Assembly (NCBI GenBank): GCA_000004695.1
Contig: CM000151.3
Span: 8,160,001 to 8,224,000 of the forward strand
Reading direction: 5' to 3'
Length of the DNA: 64,000 nt
Source of the DNA: Dictyostelium discoideum
Lineage: Eukaryota
Below the pieces are notes generated by a model. The model had not been told where the DNA came from and made no database searches. It worked only from the letters and a program-made list of their open reading frames with translations. A program made the translations under genes and the position numbers. Every line of letters starts with the position of its first letter. Positions within the stretch are counted from its first letter, which is position 1. Positions 12,989 through 28,971 of the stretch are shown in pieces.

Positions 12989-13754
12989 AATTTTAAATGT
13001 GTGGGGTTTTATTCCAATAAAAATAAAATATAAAAAAAAAAATAAAAAAAAAGATAAAAATTATAAAATCGAGCAAATTATATTTATTTTATTTTTATTT
13101 TTATTTTTTTATTTTTATTTTTATTTTTTAATTTATACAAATTCTAATTTAAATTTATATCATATATAAATTTCAAAGTTTATTTATCATCTTACAAATA
13201 ACCACTATTTCAAAAACCCACGTCTATTATCCTTTAATTAATATATTAATTAAATACAAATTTAGTAAGTGTTGATATAATATTATTTTAAAATTATTAA
13301 ATCATAAAAGTTTTACTTGTAAAAATAAAATTATTTGAAAGCATACACATATAAAAAAAAATAAAAAAAACAACACACACACATATTTAAAATATTTTAA
13401 AATTTTAAAAATAAAATAAAATATAAAAAAAAAAAAACCCGTCATATATGATGGTGATAAAAAGGAGATATTATAATTATACACATTATAATAATACTAA
13501 TCACAACAATTTGAGTTCAACAACACATAAAAGATCCAAAATTAAAAAAATAATAATAAAAAAAAAAAAAAACTAAAAAAAAAAAAAAAAAAAATTGGAT
13601 TTGGGTTACACAACATTTGGATATTAATAGTGTTTTCAACTTTAAATCATAATCTTTGTAATCTCTGAAATGTTTTTTTTTTTTTTTTTTTCAATATTTT
13701 CCAATCACTCTAAAAAAAAATGCCGTGTAAATTTGTCAATTCACTAAAAAGATC

Positions 13755-13791
<37 letters not shown>

Positions 13792-13899
13792 TTCAAAAAA
13801 AAACATTTGAAACTTATATCGACACATGTATGTGTAGGTTATTTTTATTTTTTTTTTTATTTTATTATTTTTTTTGTTTTTTTTTTTTTTTTTTCCATC

Positions 13900-14000
13900 A
13901 ATTTTTTATGGCTGTGGTGGTGTGAGTAAGAAGAGAGAGTGTGTGTGTGAAAATGACATTATAAAATCAAATTGGGGGTTTGCAAAAATAATTATAACTA
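13900..14000. promoter_or_regulatory. GT/CA-rich and C-rich boxes (GGTGGTGTGAGTAAGAAGAGAGAGTGTGTGTGTG ... ACCCACCCCACCCAAAC) in the spacer upstream of the first GATA gene
   Basis: G/C-containing islands in an otherwise AT-only spacer. The orientation-independent G-box / CA-element resemblance is an inference. Confidence 0.25.
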
Positions 14001-14236
14001 TACCCACCCCACCCAAACTTTTATTTTATTTTATTTTTTTATTATTTTTTTAAAAAATTAAATCATGAATGATGAGTTTTGTGTTTTTTTTTTTTTTTTT
14101 GAAATGTGTTTTCATTGATAGTAAATCATATAGTAATATAAAAACACAACTCATTTTTTTTTATTTTTTTAATTTTTTTAATTATATTTTATTTTATTTT
14201 ATTTTATTTTATTTTATTTTATTTTATTTTATTTTT

Positions 14237-14269
<33 letters not shown>

Positions 14270-14700
14270 ATATAAAAAAAAAAAAAAGTGAAAATAAAAA
14301 ATAAAAATAAATTTAAAAATCTTGTACTATAAATAATTTGTAAAAAAAAAAAAAAAAATTGTAAAAATAAACAAAAAAAAAAAAATTAAAAAAAAAAGGG
14401 TTGCCCATTACTCATCATACTATCATTTAAATCAAAATTTTTTTAGAAAAAAAAAAAAAAAAAAAAAATAAAAAAATAAAATTAAAAAAAAATAAAATAA
14501 AAAAATTTAAATTAAAAATTTTTTTTTTTTTTTTTTTCAATCACAAACCATTTCACTACAAACATCTAACGCTCTTGAAGCAATCAAAATAATTTTTTAA
14601 ATATAAAATCAAACATATCAGTTTACGGTTACATCAACAAATCTTTTTTTTTTTTTTTTTTTCTCATTTTTTATTTTTTTTTAATATTATCTATATATAT

Positions 14701-14702
14701 AT

Positions 14703-14735
<33 letters not shown>
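14701..14735. repeat. (ATTT)n tetranucleotide microsatellite
   Basis: Read directly from the sequence. It is followed by an (AAT)n tract at 14741-14770. Confidence 0.85.
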
Positions 14736-14739
<4 letters not shown>

Positions 14740-14972
14740 ATAACAATAATAATAATAACAATAATAATAATAATTTATTTTTTTTATTTAAATCATTCAA
14801 TAATTTTTATTCTGTAAATTGTAGTATTTTTATTTTTTTTTTTTTTTATATATCTTATCTTTTTAAAGAAATTTTTTTATTAATATTATTTATTAAAAAA
14901 AAAAAAAAAAACAAAACAAAAAACAATTGTATTTTTATTTTTTAATTATTATAACTTCGACCTTTTTTTTTT

Positions 14973-15016
<44 letters not shown>

Positions 15017-15754
15017 ATTTATTTAATTTTTTAAAACTAGGTAGTGTTTTTTTTTTTTTTTAAAAAAAAAATTTTAAAAAAAAAAAAATTTCTTTTTTTT
15101 TTTTTTTGTCAAAATACACACTCAATAAGCAACAATACCATTTATAATAATACATTTCAACATCTCAAATTTTCACTTTTTTTTATTTAGTTAATAAATA
15201 TTATTATTTTTTATTATTATTGTTTTTTCCTTTTTCTTTTTTTTTTTTTTCTTTTTTTTTTTTTTAAATTTTTTTGTCATATTTAAACCTGTGCATCATT
15301 TATTTAAATTAATCAACTACCAAAAAGTCATAGTTTTGTTAACAAAAACAGACAAAATTCTATAAATCAAAAACAGGTAATTGGTTAACCCACCTTCTTT
15401 TTTAAGATTAATTTACAATAAATCAAAAATATACAAAAAAAAAAAATAAAAAAAAAAATTTAATTTAAAAAAAAAAAAAAAAAAAACAATATTAGTTTAC
15501 AAAAAAAAAAAAAAAAAAAAAAAATCAATAACCAACTCTCGCATTATTTTTCATTCACTATATAAATCAACAATAAATAATAATAATAATAATTAATTTT
15601 TTTTTTTGTACATAAATATAAATAAATAAATAAATAAATAAATAATTAAATAAAAAAAACTAAAAACTATAAAAAAAAAAAAAAAAAAAAGAAAAACAAC
15701 CAATCAAATAAAACAACAATAAGGAGGAGATTGTATTCTCAACGAATTTAAAGA

Positions 15755-15928
15755 ATGAATCATCAATATATACCATCTCCAATTTATAGCGACCAAAACT
15801 CTGGTGTACACAATGTAAATAAAAGTCTTCACAATTTAAATATAAATAACGGGAATAACAATTATAATTATAGCAATAATAATTATAATAATAATATAAA
15901 TAATAATAATAATATAAATAATAATATA

Positions 15929-15971
<43 letters not shown>

Positions 15972-16112
15972 TAAATCAATATCATCAAAATCACTATGAT
16001 CAATATAGTGATAACAATTGTAACAATAGTAATAGTAATAATATAAATAATAATAATAATATAAATAATAATATAAATAATAATAATATAAATAATAATA
16101 ATAATAATATAA

Positions 16113-16162
<50 letters not shown>

Positions 16163-16710
16163 TTGTTAAAGATACCTCAATTAAATATTTCACCAAATGG
16201 CGTTGGTGGTGGTAATGGAATATCAAATGGTAATGGTGTAAATAAAATATTTTCAAAGTTGGATTTATCAAAAGTACCAAACTCTTATCAGTTGGCACAT
16301 AATAGTTCAATGCCAAATTCACCAACCTCTTCCAATATATCACCATCAACACCAACTTCAATGGCTTTAAATTTGTCATCATTAAAATCGATTTTAGATT
16401 CTCCACCAGCAGCTCCTGCTCATTCAGCTTCTTCATCTCATAATAATGATCATCGTACTTTAAATATAAATGGAAATCATCATAATAATAATAATAATAT
16501 AAATAATAATATAAATAATAATGTAAATAATAATATAAACAATGGTAATGGTAATGGTAATGGTAATGGTAATAATAATAATAATAATAATATAGGTGTT
16601 AATGGTAGTGGTAGTAGTAATAGCTCATCACCATCGATTGGGTTTAGTATACCTTTATTACAATTGAAACAGATTGGTATTAATAATCAAACTTCACCAT
16701 CACAACAATC

Positions 16711-16748
<38 letters not shown>

Positions 16749-17162
16749 CTCAACATAATGGTATACCGTTAATTAATACAACTGAAATTCATCAAAGATC
16801 AAATCCATCAAGTGCAACCAATTCACCACGTGCTTTATATTATGGTAATGAATCATCTGTTGAGAATTCACCATTTACAACACCACTTTCATCACCACGT
16901 GGTCCAATTTCACCAAGAGCAACAATTAATTCATCAATGTCAAATTTACAATCAAATATTAGAGTTGAAGAACAATGGAAAAAGATTGAATACTATGTCA
17001 ATGATTTAAGTCATTTCATCTATGAATCAATTCGTAATAAAGATTATTCAAATTTATCAGAACTAAAAGAAAAAATTGATGAAGTTGTTAATACTTCAAA
17101 AGAAATTGAAATTATTCATAGTATTGCTAAATCGTATGTTGTTGTTATTTATTTTTATAATT

Positions 17163-17240
<78 letters not shown>

Positions 17241-17761
17241 TATTTATTTATTTATTTATTTTAATATAGATTACCACCACAAACAAGAGCAAGAAAGAAG
17301 AGATCAACCAAAGCAGAAAAATTACAAAAAGATCTTATTGGTATTAAAAGATCATATGTAACTACTCCAAAGAGTAAAGGAACTTATTGTATATTCTGTG
17401 GTACTATGGAAACTCCAGAATGGAGAAAAGGTCCAGGTGGCCATAAAACGTATGTATTTAATTAATTGTTTTATTTTTTTTTTATTTTTATTTTTAAATT
17501 TAAATTTATTAACAATATCAATTTTTATTTATTTATTTTCTAAAAAAAAAAAATAGATTATGTAATGCATGTGGTTTACATTATGCTAAAAATATTAAAA
17601 AAGAGAATCAAAATAATGGTGGTTCTCCAAATCCTCAACAAAACAATGTAACTACAACAACAACTACCACCACTTCAACATCTACCAATTCACCAAATTC
17701 AAATGGAAATAACTTTTCTCCTGAAAGTGCAATGAGTGTTTCAAAATTAATTAGCGATTAA
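15755..17761 (+). CDS. GATA-type zinc finger transcription factor (poly-Asn/Gln rich), 3 exons: join(15755..17133,17270..17449,17557..17761)
   Basis: C-terminal finger is [33 protein letters not shown], a C-X2-C-X18-C-X2-C GATA finger, reconstituted across the second intron. Donors are GTATGT at 17134 and 17450. Acceptors are AG at 17268-17269 and 17555-17556. Phases are consistent (2/2). A basic region KKRSTKAEK precedes the finger. Confidence 0.85.
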
Positions 17762-18400
17762 CTTTCTTTCCAACCCTTTCACCATTATTATCATCATCAT
17801 CATCAATCATTGTATCATCCAATATATATATATATATATAAAAATAATACATATATATATATATATAAAATATACTTTTTTTTTTTTTCAATTTTATTCT
17901 CTCCTAAATAAAAAGAAAAAGAAAAATAAATAAAAATAAAAATATGCATCTTAATAAATACCTAAACCCCTTTTTTTTTTTTTTACCAAAATAAAATTTA
18001 TAATAATAATCCTAATAGTCCTATATTATAATCCTAATAAAAATAATAAAAAAAATAGAATAAAAGTTTATTTGTTAGTGACTGTATTTTCAATTTTAAA
18101 AAGGTTTTTAAATTAATTGGATTTGGAAAATAAAAATAAATTGAGATTTGGGTAGTCAAATTTGCTATGTTAAAGAAAAAAAAAAATACAAAATTAAAAT
18201 AGTCTTAAAGAATCCTATATTTTTTAAAAAACAATTCTTTTTACCAGAGCCATATTTTCATTCCGAAAGATGAAAAAAAAAAATCTAAATTCTAAAAATG
18301 TAACAATTTTCGGACCTTAACACAAAATATTTTTCAAATTCGGAAATTTTCAAATAAAAATTTTTATTTTTTGCGAGTTGTTCTCAATATTGAATGAAAC

Positions 18401-18434
<34 letters not shown>

Positions 18435-18926
18435 AAAAATAAAAAAAAAAAAGAACTGTTCAAATGTATTTTTTTTTTTAGTTTTTAAATATTGCCATTA
18501 TTTTTTTTTTTTTTTTTTTTATTTATTTTATTTATTTATTTTTTTTTTTTTTTTTTTTTTTTTCAAAAACAATGAAACAAAATCAAAATTACGAAAATTA
18601 AAAGAATTTTCGATACTTTTATTGCATCATGTATGTTCCAGAAAACGATTATTGAATAGAACGAGAGTTGATTTTTTAATTTATCTTGTCAATGCCACAT
18701 TGCATTTTTTTATTATTATAAATGTGGTGCGATCCTTTCGAAACTGAAATTTATTGAGCAATCGTAATGAATTAATTTAATTTGTAATGAAAAAGGTTTT
18801 TTTAAAAAAAATTAAAAGAACAGATCTATATTAATTTGCGAGTTATCCGTTCAATTATTTTTTTTTTTTTTTTAACCAGTTTTTGTGAATCCTATACCAA
18901 AAAAAAAAAAAAATAAAATAAAAACA

Positions 18927-19000
<74 letters not shown>

Positions 19001-19156
19001 TAAAAAAAATAATAATAATAATAATTTAATAAAATAATAATAATAATAAAAAAAATAAAAAAAATTAATAAATTCCTTATATTAAAAAAAAAAATTAATT
19101 AATTTTATTATTTTTTTTTTTTTTTTTTTGATTCGAATCGAGGTGTCAAATCTTTT

Positions 19157-19209
<53 letters not shown>

Positions 19210-19446
19210 CCCCAAACCACCGTTCACCAAATTTATAAAAATAACCACTGCTTATAATAAAACTAAAAAAGATTTTTTTATTGGATATGAAATAATATCA
19301 AAGGTGTCACAAAACCAATTTTTTTTTTTTTTTTTTTTTTTTATTTATTTATTTATTTTTTAATGATTACCAATTTTTTTTTCTTTTTTTTTTTTTTTTT
19401 CTTTTTTTTTTTTCCAAACTTTTTTTTTATAAAATAAAATTAAAAA

Positions 19447-19479
<33 letters not shown>

Positions 19480-20290
19480 TCTTAATAGGGTTCCAATTTA
19501 AAACAAAATTAATTTTAAAGAAAACGATCAAAATTTATTTTTTTTTTAATTTTTTTTTTTTTAATTTTTCTTTTAAGAAAAAGTCTGCATAGATCCACAA
19601 CTCCGGATTTGGAAAGAGAATCTTTTTTTTTTTTTTTTCAGTTTTTCAACAAAAAAATTTGATTTTAAAAAAAATCAAAAAAAAAAAAAAAAAAAAAAAT
19701 TAAAAATTAAAAAAATTATTTTTTAAAAAAACCTGAAAAATTTTTTTCTTTTTTTTTTTTTTTATTATTTTTTTTTTTTGAATATCGCCCACCCCTTTTT
19801 TAAAAGAAATATTATACCACTAAAAAAAAAATATATATATACATATATATTTCACACATATAAAAATAAAAAATAGTAATCAAAAATTAATTTGATTTCA
19901 TAAATAAATAAATAACAGTAGTCACCAAAAAAAAAAAAAAAATAAAAAAAAATAAATAAAAAAAAAAATAAAATAAAATAAAATAAAAAAAAAAATAAAA
20001 TAAAAATAAAAAAAATAAAAAATAATTAAAAAAAAAAAAAAAATATTAAAAAAAGATCCCAACATAAATCGAAATTTTTTTTTTTTTTTTTTTGTGGATA
20101 CAATACAACACAACTGCAAATAATAATAATAATAATAATATAATATACGACAAAATTAAAAGCAATAATTTAAATAAAATAATAAAATAAAATAATAAAA
20201 TTAAATTATTAATAATAAATAATACACAAATAAAAAATAATTTAAATAAAATAAAATAAAAAAAATAAAAAAAAAATAAAAAAAAAAAAT

Positions 20291-20321
<31 letters not shown>

Positions 20322-20375
20322 ATAAAAAAAAAATAATAATAATAATAATAAAAAAACACCAAGGAAAAAAAAAAA

Positions 20376-22370
<1,995 letters not shown>

Positions 22371-23597
22371 TAGAGTCAGTAAGAGAGAGAGAGAGAGAAG
22401 AAAAAGAGAAATTAATTTTAATTCCTCTTTTTTTGCGTTATGTGTATATATGATATCGAATTTTAATATATATAAAAAAAAAAAAAGAAAAAAAAAACCA
22501 AGAAAAAAAAAGTGAAATTTAAGATTAAAACCCGAAGACTAGTTTTATTACCATTCTTTGTCAAATTTTAATCAAATCGATTTTTTTTTTTTTTAAAAAA
22601 AAAAAATAAAACTATTTTCTTCATTTAATTCTCCTAATTATAATATTCGGGTTTATTTGTCCCCAAAAAAAAAAAAAAAAAACAAAACAAAAATAATTAC
22701 ATTTACAAAATATAAAAATTAAATAAAAAATTGTATAAAAATTTTTTTTTTTTGGGTTAAAATAAAAATAGTAAATCAGGATTTTATTTTTACTATTTTT
22801 ATTTTTTTATTTTTGTGTTTAGGAAAAATAAATTAGCATAGTTATTAATTAGTTATCCCATTTTTTTTTTTCCCGTTATGTATTTTTTTTTTTTTTTTTT
22901 AAAATAATAGCCCATATAGATAATAGGAGTGTGGTGAGTATGTGGAAATTAAAATTTTAAAATTAATTTTAATTCATTGTTTAAAATTGGCATATATATC
23001 TAATAATTTTTAATTTTTTTTTTTTTTTTTTACAATGGGGTTAATATCTTAAAATTGTGGGTGGGTTATGTAGTTTAACACTTAAAATAAGAAATTGGAT
23101 TCTAATTTCTTAATATTGTGATCGCCATACATAATGTAATTAAGGAGGGTTTCTTTTTTTGTGTTTACTTTTAGCTTTTTTTTTTGTTTTTTATTTTTAA
23201 AATTATTTTTTTAAATTTACACTTATTCTAAAATTGTTATTTTACTCATAGTTTCATTTCCATATTTTCCCCCTACTAATATATAATTATTATATATGAA
23301 TAATTAATATACAATAAGTTTTCTAAAAAAAAAAAAAAAAAATTTGAAAAAAAAAAATAAATATAAAACTTTTTTATTTATTTCTCCCTTTTTTAATATA
23401 TAATTTATATTTTCTTAATTTATTAATTATTTTTTTAATAAAAAGAAAATTATTTAACCAAATAAAAATTTGCTTTTAACAAAAAAAAAAAAAAAAAAAA
23501 AAACAATCAACAATTGTTTAATTAAATCTATAAATAAAAAAATATTTTTAATTTAAAAAATACAATTCACCTTAATAAAAAAAAAAAAAAAAAAAAA

Positions 23598-23862
23598 ATG
23601 ACAATTATAAGTAAATATTATTAATAAATTATTTTTTTTTGTTATAATAAATTAAAATATCTAATTACATTTTTTTTTTAAAAAAAAAATAATTATAGAA
23701 TCATTAACATCAATTTCAAAAATATCAGTTAATCAAAAAGAAAAAATTAATACATCCAATAATGATAGATTAAATTTCCAAACTCAAAACGAAAATTCAA
23801 GATGGAAGATTCCTTCATACATTATATATAACGTTAAATACAGATTAATTGCATATTGTTAA
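23598..23862 (+). CDS. Candidate small 2-exon gene (58 aa): join(23598..23610,23699..23862)
   Basis: ATGACAATTATAA|GTAAAT donor and a TTATAG acceptor with an 88-nt AT-rich intron. Exon 2 is open in the correct phase with Dictyostelium-preferred codons (TCA, CAA, AGA, AAA). No homology recognised, so only weakly supported. Confidence 0.25.
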
Positions 23863-24491
23863 TAAAATTAAAAAAATGTAAAATAACGTTTAGGAAATAA
23901 ATAAATAAAATAATCTTTTTTGTACCTTAATTAACTTTTTTTTTTTTTTTTAAATAAAAAGTAAAATTTAAGATTTTTATTATTTTATTATTTTTTTTTT
24001 TTTATTTAGTTGTATATACTCTATTTACTTTCAAACCAAGATATTTTAAACTTTGAAATTTGGTTTACATTTCTAAAAGAGGAACTTCTAAAATAATTAA
24101 AATAATAATGGACAATTAGTAAAGCTTCCCCAGGGTATTAATAAAATTTTAATAAATTAGAAAACTTTTAATTTTTTACACTTTTAACAATTAGCAAGTC
24201 CAAATTAATAAAATAAAGTATTGTTCAAAATTATATCTTTATATTTTATTTTTGTTTTTTTTTTATTTTTTTTTTTTTTAAAAGGATGGGTTGGTTTGTT
24301 TTTAAAATAAAATAAAAAAAATAAAATATTTTTTAAAAGTTTATATGTTACATAATAAATATATAGATATATGTATCTCTTTTTTTTTCTTTTTTTATTA
24401 TTACTTTTTTTTTAATTTAAAAAATAAAGAAAAAAAAAAAGGATTATATATAAATTTGTTTTTTTTTTTTTTTAAATTTTTTTTTTTTTTT

Positions 24492-26149
24492 TTAGGCTTT
24501 TACTCTTGAAGAAGTTCCAGAATTTTGAGTGATAGTTTTAGTAACGATTTCAGAGGATAATTCAGAAGGAGAGGAGACATGTAAATCAACATGATATGGA
24601 TGGAATAATTGTTTAACAGTACCAGAATGAGTACCAAGTTTAGCTCTAAACATACGATTGATATCTTCACCAACGAAATCGATGAAAGCAAATTTGATGG
24701 TATCAGAGAGATCGAATCTTTCAACTTCACGAACTAAGCCATAAGCAACGATCTTTGAATTCAAATGGCCGACCAATTCATCAACACCACCATTTCCTTT
24801 AGCAATGACAGTTAAAGTGGTATCATTTTTATAACCAACTAAACACCAATTAGTGTCAGTACTATCGGATCTAACATCTTTGATTGTATCTCTAACTTGT
24901 TGTTCATCATCGAAACCAAGTGTTGAACCACTTGATTTTGGCACAGCTGATGGTGTTGTAAATTTACTACCAGCACCAGCAAATGTTTTACCGGTTGTGT
25001 TTGAACCTTGAGTTGAAGCACTTGATGAACTGTAACTTGAGGTCATACGACCACCACTACCACGTGATTGAGCATCATCACTCAATACCATTGATGCTTT
25101 ACCTGATGCTTTTGCAACGGTTTCCTCTACAATCTCTTTTGAAATTTCTGATTTAACTGTACATTTAATATCAACATGATATGGTGTAACTAACTGATTT
25201 ACAAATCCAGTATGAGTACCTAAACGTGCTCTTAACATTCTTGGAATTTCTTTAAAAAAAAAAAAAAAAAAAAAGGGTTAATAAATGTTTAGAAAAATAA
25301 TATAGTAATATTAATAATAAAATAACCACGGTTATTACCTTCACCAATCCAATTAATATAAGCAAATTTAATTGTATCACTATTATCAATTTTTTCAACG
25401 ATACGAACTAAACCATAACCAACTAAATTATCTTGTAAATTTGAGATGAGTTCATTGACACCACCATTACCTTTACCTAAGAGAATGATAGTATTTGAAT
25501 TACCACCTTCATAACCAAAGAGTACCCAATCGATATCATTTTCATCGGATCTAAATTCTTTTAAGGCTTCACGAATTGCTGGTTCATCACCTAATTTAAT
25601 TGAGTCTTTATTTGAGGATGATGGTGAAGAAACTGAACCGTATGTTGATTTTCTGAAAGAGTTGGTTGGTGAAGTGGTTGATTTTGAAGCACCAGTTTTT
25701 GCACCATTTTCATCTAAAACTTTTGAACCTGTACCAGAGATATCTTGAATTTTATTTAATACGATTTCATCAGAGATTTCATTCTTTGAGGTGATTAAGA
25801 AATCACATTGGAATGAACCCAAGAAATCTTTAACACCACCAATGGTGACAGAGATTTTACCTTTTTGAAAGATTCCAACTTTTTCTCCAATGAAATTGAT
25901 GAATGCAAATTTAACGGTTTCACTATCATCGATTTTATCAATCTTTCTAACCAATGCAAATCCAACCAAATCATCTTGTAAATGTTCAACTAATTCTGCT
26001 ACACCACCTGAACCACTTCCAACTAATTTAATCTTTTCTGATTTTGGTGATTCAAATGATAATAATACCCAATCAGTTGAGGTTGAATCATTTCTTAAAT
26101 CTGCAATTGCTGATTTACATGATGAATCGTCGACAAATTGTAAAACCAT
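24492..26149 (-). CDS. Protein with three coactosin-type ADF-H (actin-depolymerising factor homology) domains, 2 exons: complement(join(24492..25249,25339..26149))
   Basis: Each domain shows the coactosin/drebrin signature (DW/NWVLLxY...GNGGVxEL...VxYGLVR...DTIKFAFIxFxGE.IxRMxRAKLGTHxG). The intron (GTAATA...TTTAAAG, 25250..25338, phase 1) splices ...KFAYINWIGE|EIPRMLRARLGTH. This matches the third repeat, ...FVGEDINRMFRAKLGTH. Confidence 0.75.
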
Positions 26150-26376
26150 TCTTATTAATAATTATTGTCTAAAAAAAAAAAAAATAAAAAAATAAAAAAA
26201 AAATAAAAAGAAATTTTAGATAAGTAAATATTTTATAATATGATAAATATAAAAATAATAAAAAAAAAAAAATAAAAAAAATAAAAATAGAAAAAAAATG
26301 AAAAAAGAAAAAATTAAATTTAATTAAATTTAAAATAAATATAAAAATAAAAATGTTGGTTGTATGGTGATATATG

Positions 26377-26417
<41 letters not shown>

Positions 26418-26996
26418 ACTGAAATATTCAGTTTATATGAATCCAAATAAAAAAATAAAAAAAAAATAAAATGCACATTCACACAAAAATATACATTCCC
26501 CACAATTGTTTTTAATTTAATAAATTTATTATAATAATAATTTTTTTTATTTTTTTTTATTTGGAAATTTTTTTTTTTAACAAATTACACAATATAACAT
26601 ATAATATACATCTCTAAAAAATTATACTATATCTATTTTTTACCTTTTTGTAGTGTTGTGTGAATATATTAAAATAAAAAAAAAAAAAAATAAAAAAAAA
26701 AAAAAAAGCAGAAAAATAAAAAAATTAAAATCATAAAAAAAAAAAAATAAAAAAAAAAGAATAAAAATCAAAAATTTTCAAATAAAAATAAAAGCATGGG
26801 TTTGGGGTCGTTTCATATGAATTATTTTTTTATTTTTTTCAGTAATAAATTTTATTGCACTTCAACAAAGAAAAATAACCACAAACACACACACACACTA
26901 AAAATAGAATTATTTATTTTATTTTCATTTTCAATTTTCTATTTTTATTTCTATTTTTATTTTTATTTTTTATTTATTATTTTTTTATTTTTATTT

Positions 26997-28912
26997 TTAT
27001 TTTTTTTTTAAAAAATAGATATTACTTTTTTTAGATTTATTCTGCAAGTAAGTTTGTAAATCTTTATCATTAATGAAATTGTTATTTAAATTATTACAAT
27101 TTTCAATGTTAAGGTAATAGTTTATGATATGAGTTGAGTTTTGATAAAAAGCGCCAGAAATTGCATCAGTGGTGATTTTAAATTGTTTTGGATAGTATGA
27201 TAAAATTAGATCACATAGTTCAACATCACCTCTAATAAATGAACTTTTAAATAAATGATTTTTTCTTTTTGAAATTAATGAATTTAAATGTTGATCAACT
27301 AATGATTTCAAAATTTGTTGAATATTTGGTTGAATGAAAAACATCTCTAATGGTAATCTTCTAGAATCATCAATTTCCATTTCATCATCATCACTATTAT
27401 CGTCATCACCATCATAAAATTCTATATCTTCATTATTATTATCATCGTCATCATTAAATTCTATATCTTCATTATTATCATTATTATGATTATGAGCATT
27501 TTCATCTTCTTCATTATCATTATTATTATTACCATTTTTATCATCAATTTCTTCTTCTTGTTCTTCTTCTTCTTCACTATTATCAGCATACTCATTTTCT
27601 TCATTTAATACTTCTTCATGTGATCGATTAATAGTATTATAAATTCCTGGGATTAATTCTTTGAATATGTCGATTTTTGAATTAAGATTATCACCATTAA
27701 TTATTGTTGAATAAAAATGATTATATCTTGATACTTCATAAATTAAATGATTCATAAATTCAATATTGAATTTTGAATCCATAGAATGAAAAGCTAGAGT
27801 GGGTCCAAAAACGTGATTATTTGAAATTAAATCATGGTAATTTTCGTGCATGAACTTTAGATTTCTATAGTTGCTATAGATTTCTTCTCCTCGGTAAAAA
27901 CCAATAATACTATTACTGAGTTGAATATTCCCATTGAAATTATCCAATAGGTATCTTGAAATTTCAAATTTATGACAAAGTAGTGAATTTTGAAATAAGA
28001 TATCAATGAAATTGTTTGAATAATAGTTTAATTCAATTAATTTCTTAATTTCTTCAATTTTCATTATTTTACATGAATAATATAAAACATCTTTTGATAA
28101 TTTAAATTGATTAATAGTATTTAATGGTTTAAAAAATATTAATTTATTATTATCATCATCATCATTATTCCATTGAGTTGAAAATGTTGAATGAGATGGT
28201 GGTGGTGGTGATGATGAACCAAATTGATCATTTTTAGTAGGTTTCTTTAAATGAAATGGTGAATTATAAGTGAATTGTTCATTTCTAATATTTTGATAAT
28301 GTTGACAATTTAATTGTATCCATTGTAAATATTTAAAGAATGAATCAACTCTTCTAATTTCTAAAAGGAATTGTAAATCATAATTGAATTGGTCGTGGAA
28401 ATAATCAGATTTTAGAGAAGTTTTTGAATTATTTGAAAAAGCATGGTTATATAAATTAATTGAAAATGATTCAATTAATTTATTTAAAATGTCAAGGAAT
28501 GAGCCAACTTTTTCATGGTTTTCATTTTCCCCAATTACATAATCAAATGAGAAATCATTTAAATTAAAACATTTAAATAAATTAACACCAAAAACAGTGT
28601 GAGTGCTATTATTACCACTAAACTCACTACCATTTAAAACTCCACGATTAAAAATATCAATAAAAACTTTTATACCAGGTAAATTGATAATATACTTTGA
28701 AAATTTTGGAGATCTAATATTAAGATAAAAGAAAACATGACATATACCATGATCAATTGTAATTGAGTATTCACTTAATAAATTATGGACATATCTAACT
28801 TGATCAATTTTAACACCTTTGGTTTTAATTAATATTAAAAAGAAAAAATTTAAAATCCTAGTAATAACATAATCTTCAGTATCTGCATCTTCTTCAAGTG
28901 ATTCTTCAAAAC

Positions 28913-28971
<59 letters not shown>

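Noticed and set aside
15660-16436. 258-aa minus-strand ORF made almost entirely of Tyr (YYYYYYY...)
   Set aside because: It is the antisense reading of the (AAT)n poly-Asn tracts of the GATA gene on the plus strand. The same artefact explains 20546..21178(-), 21239..21448(-), 3470..3883(-), 33802..33984(-), 57165..57374(-) and 61759..61941(-).
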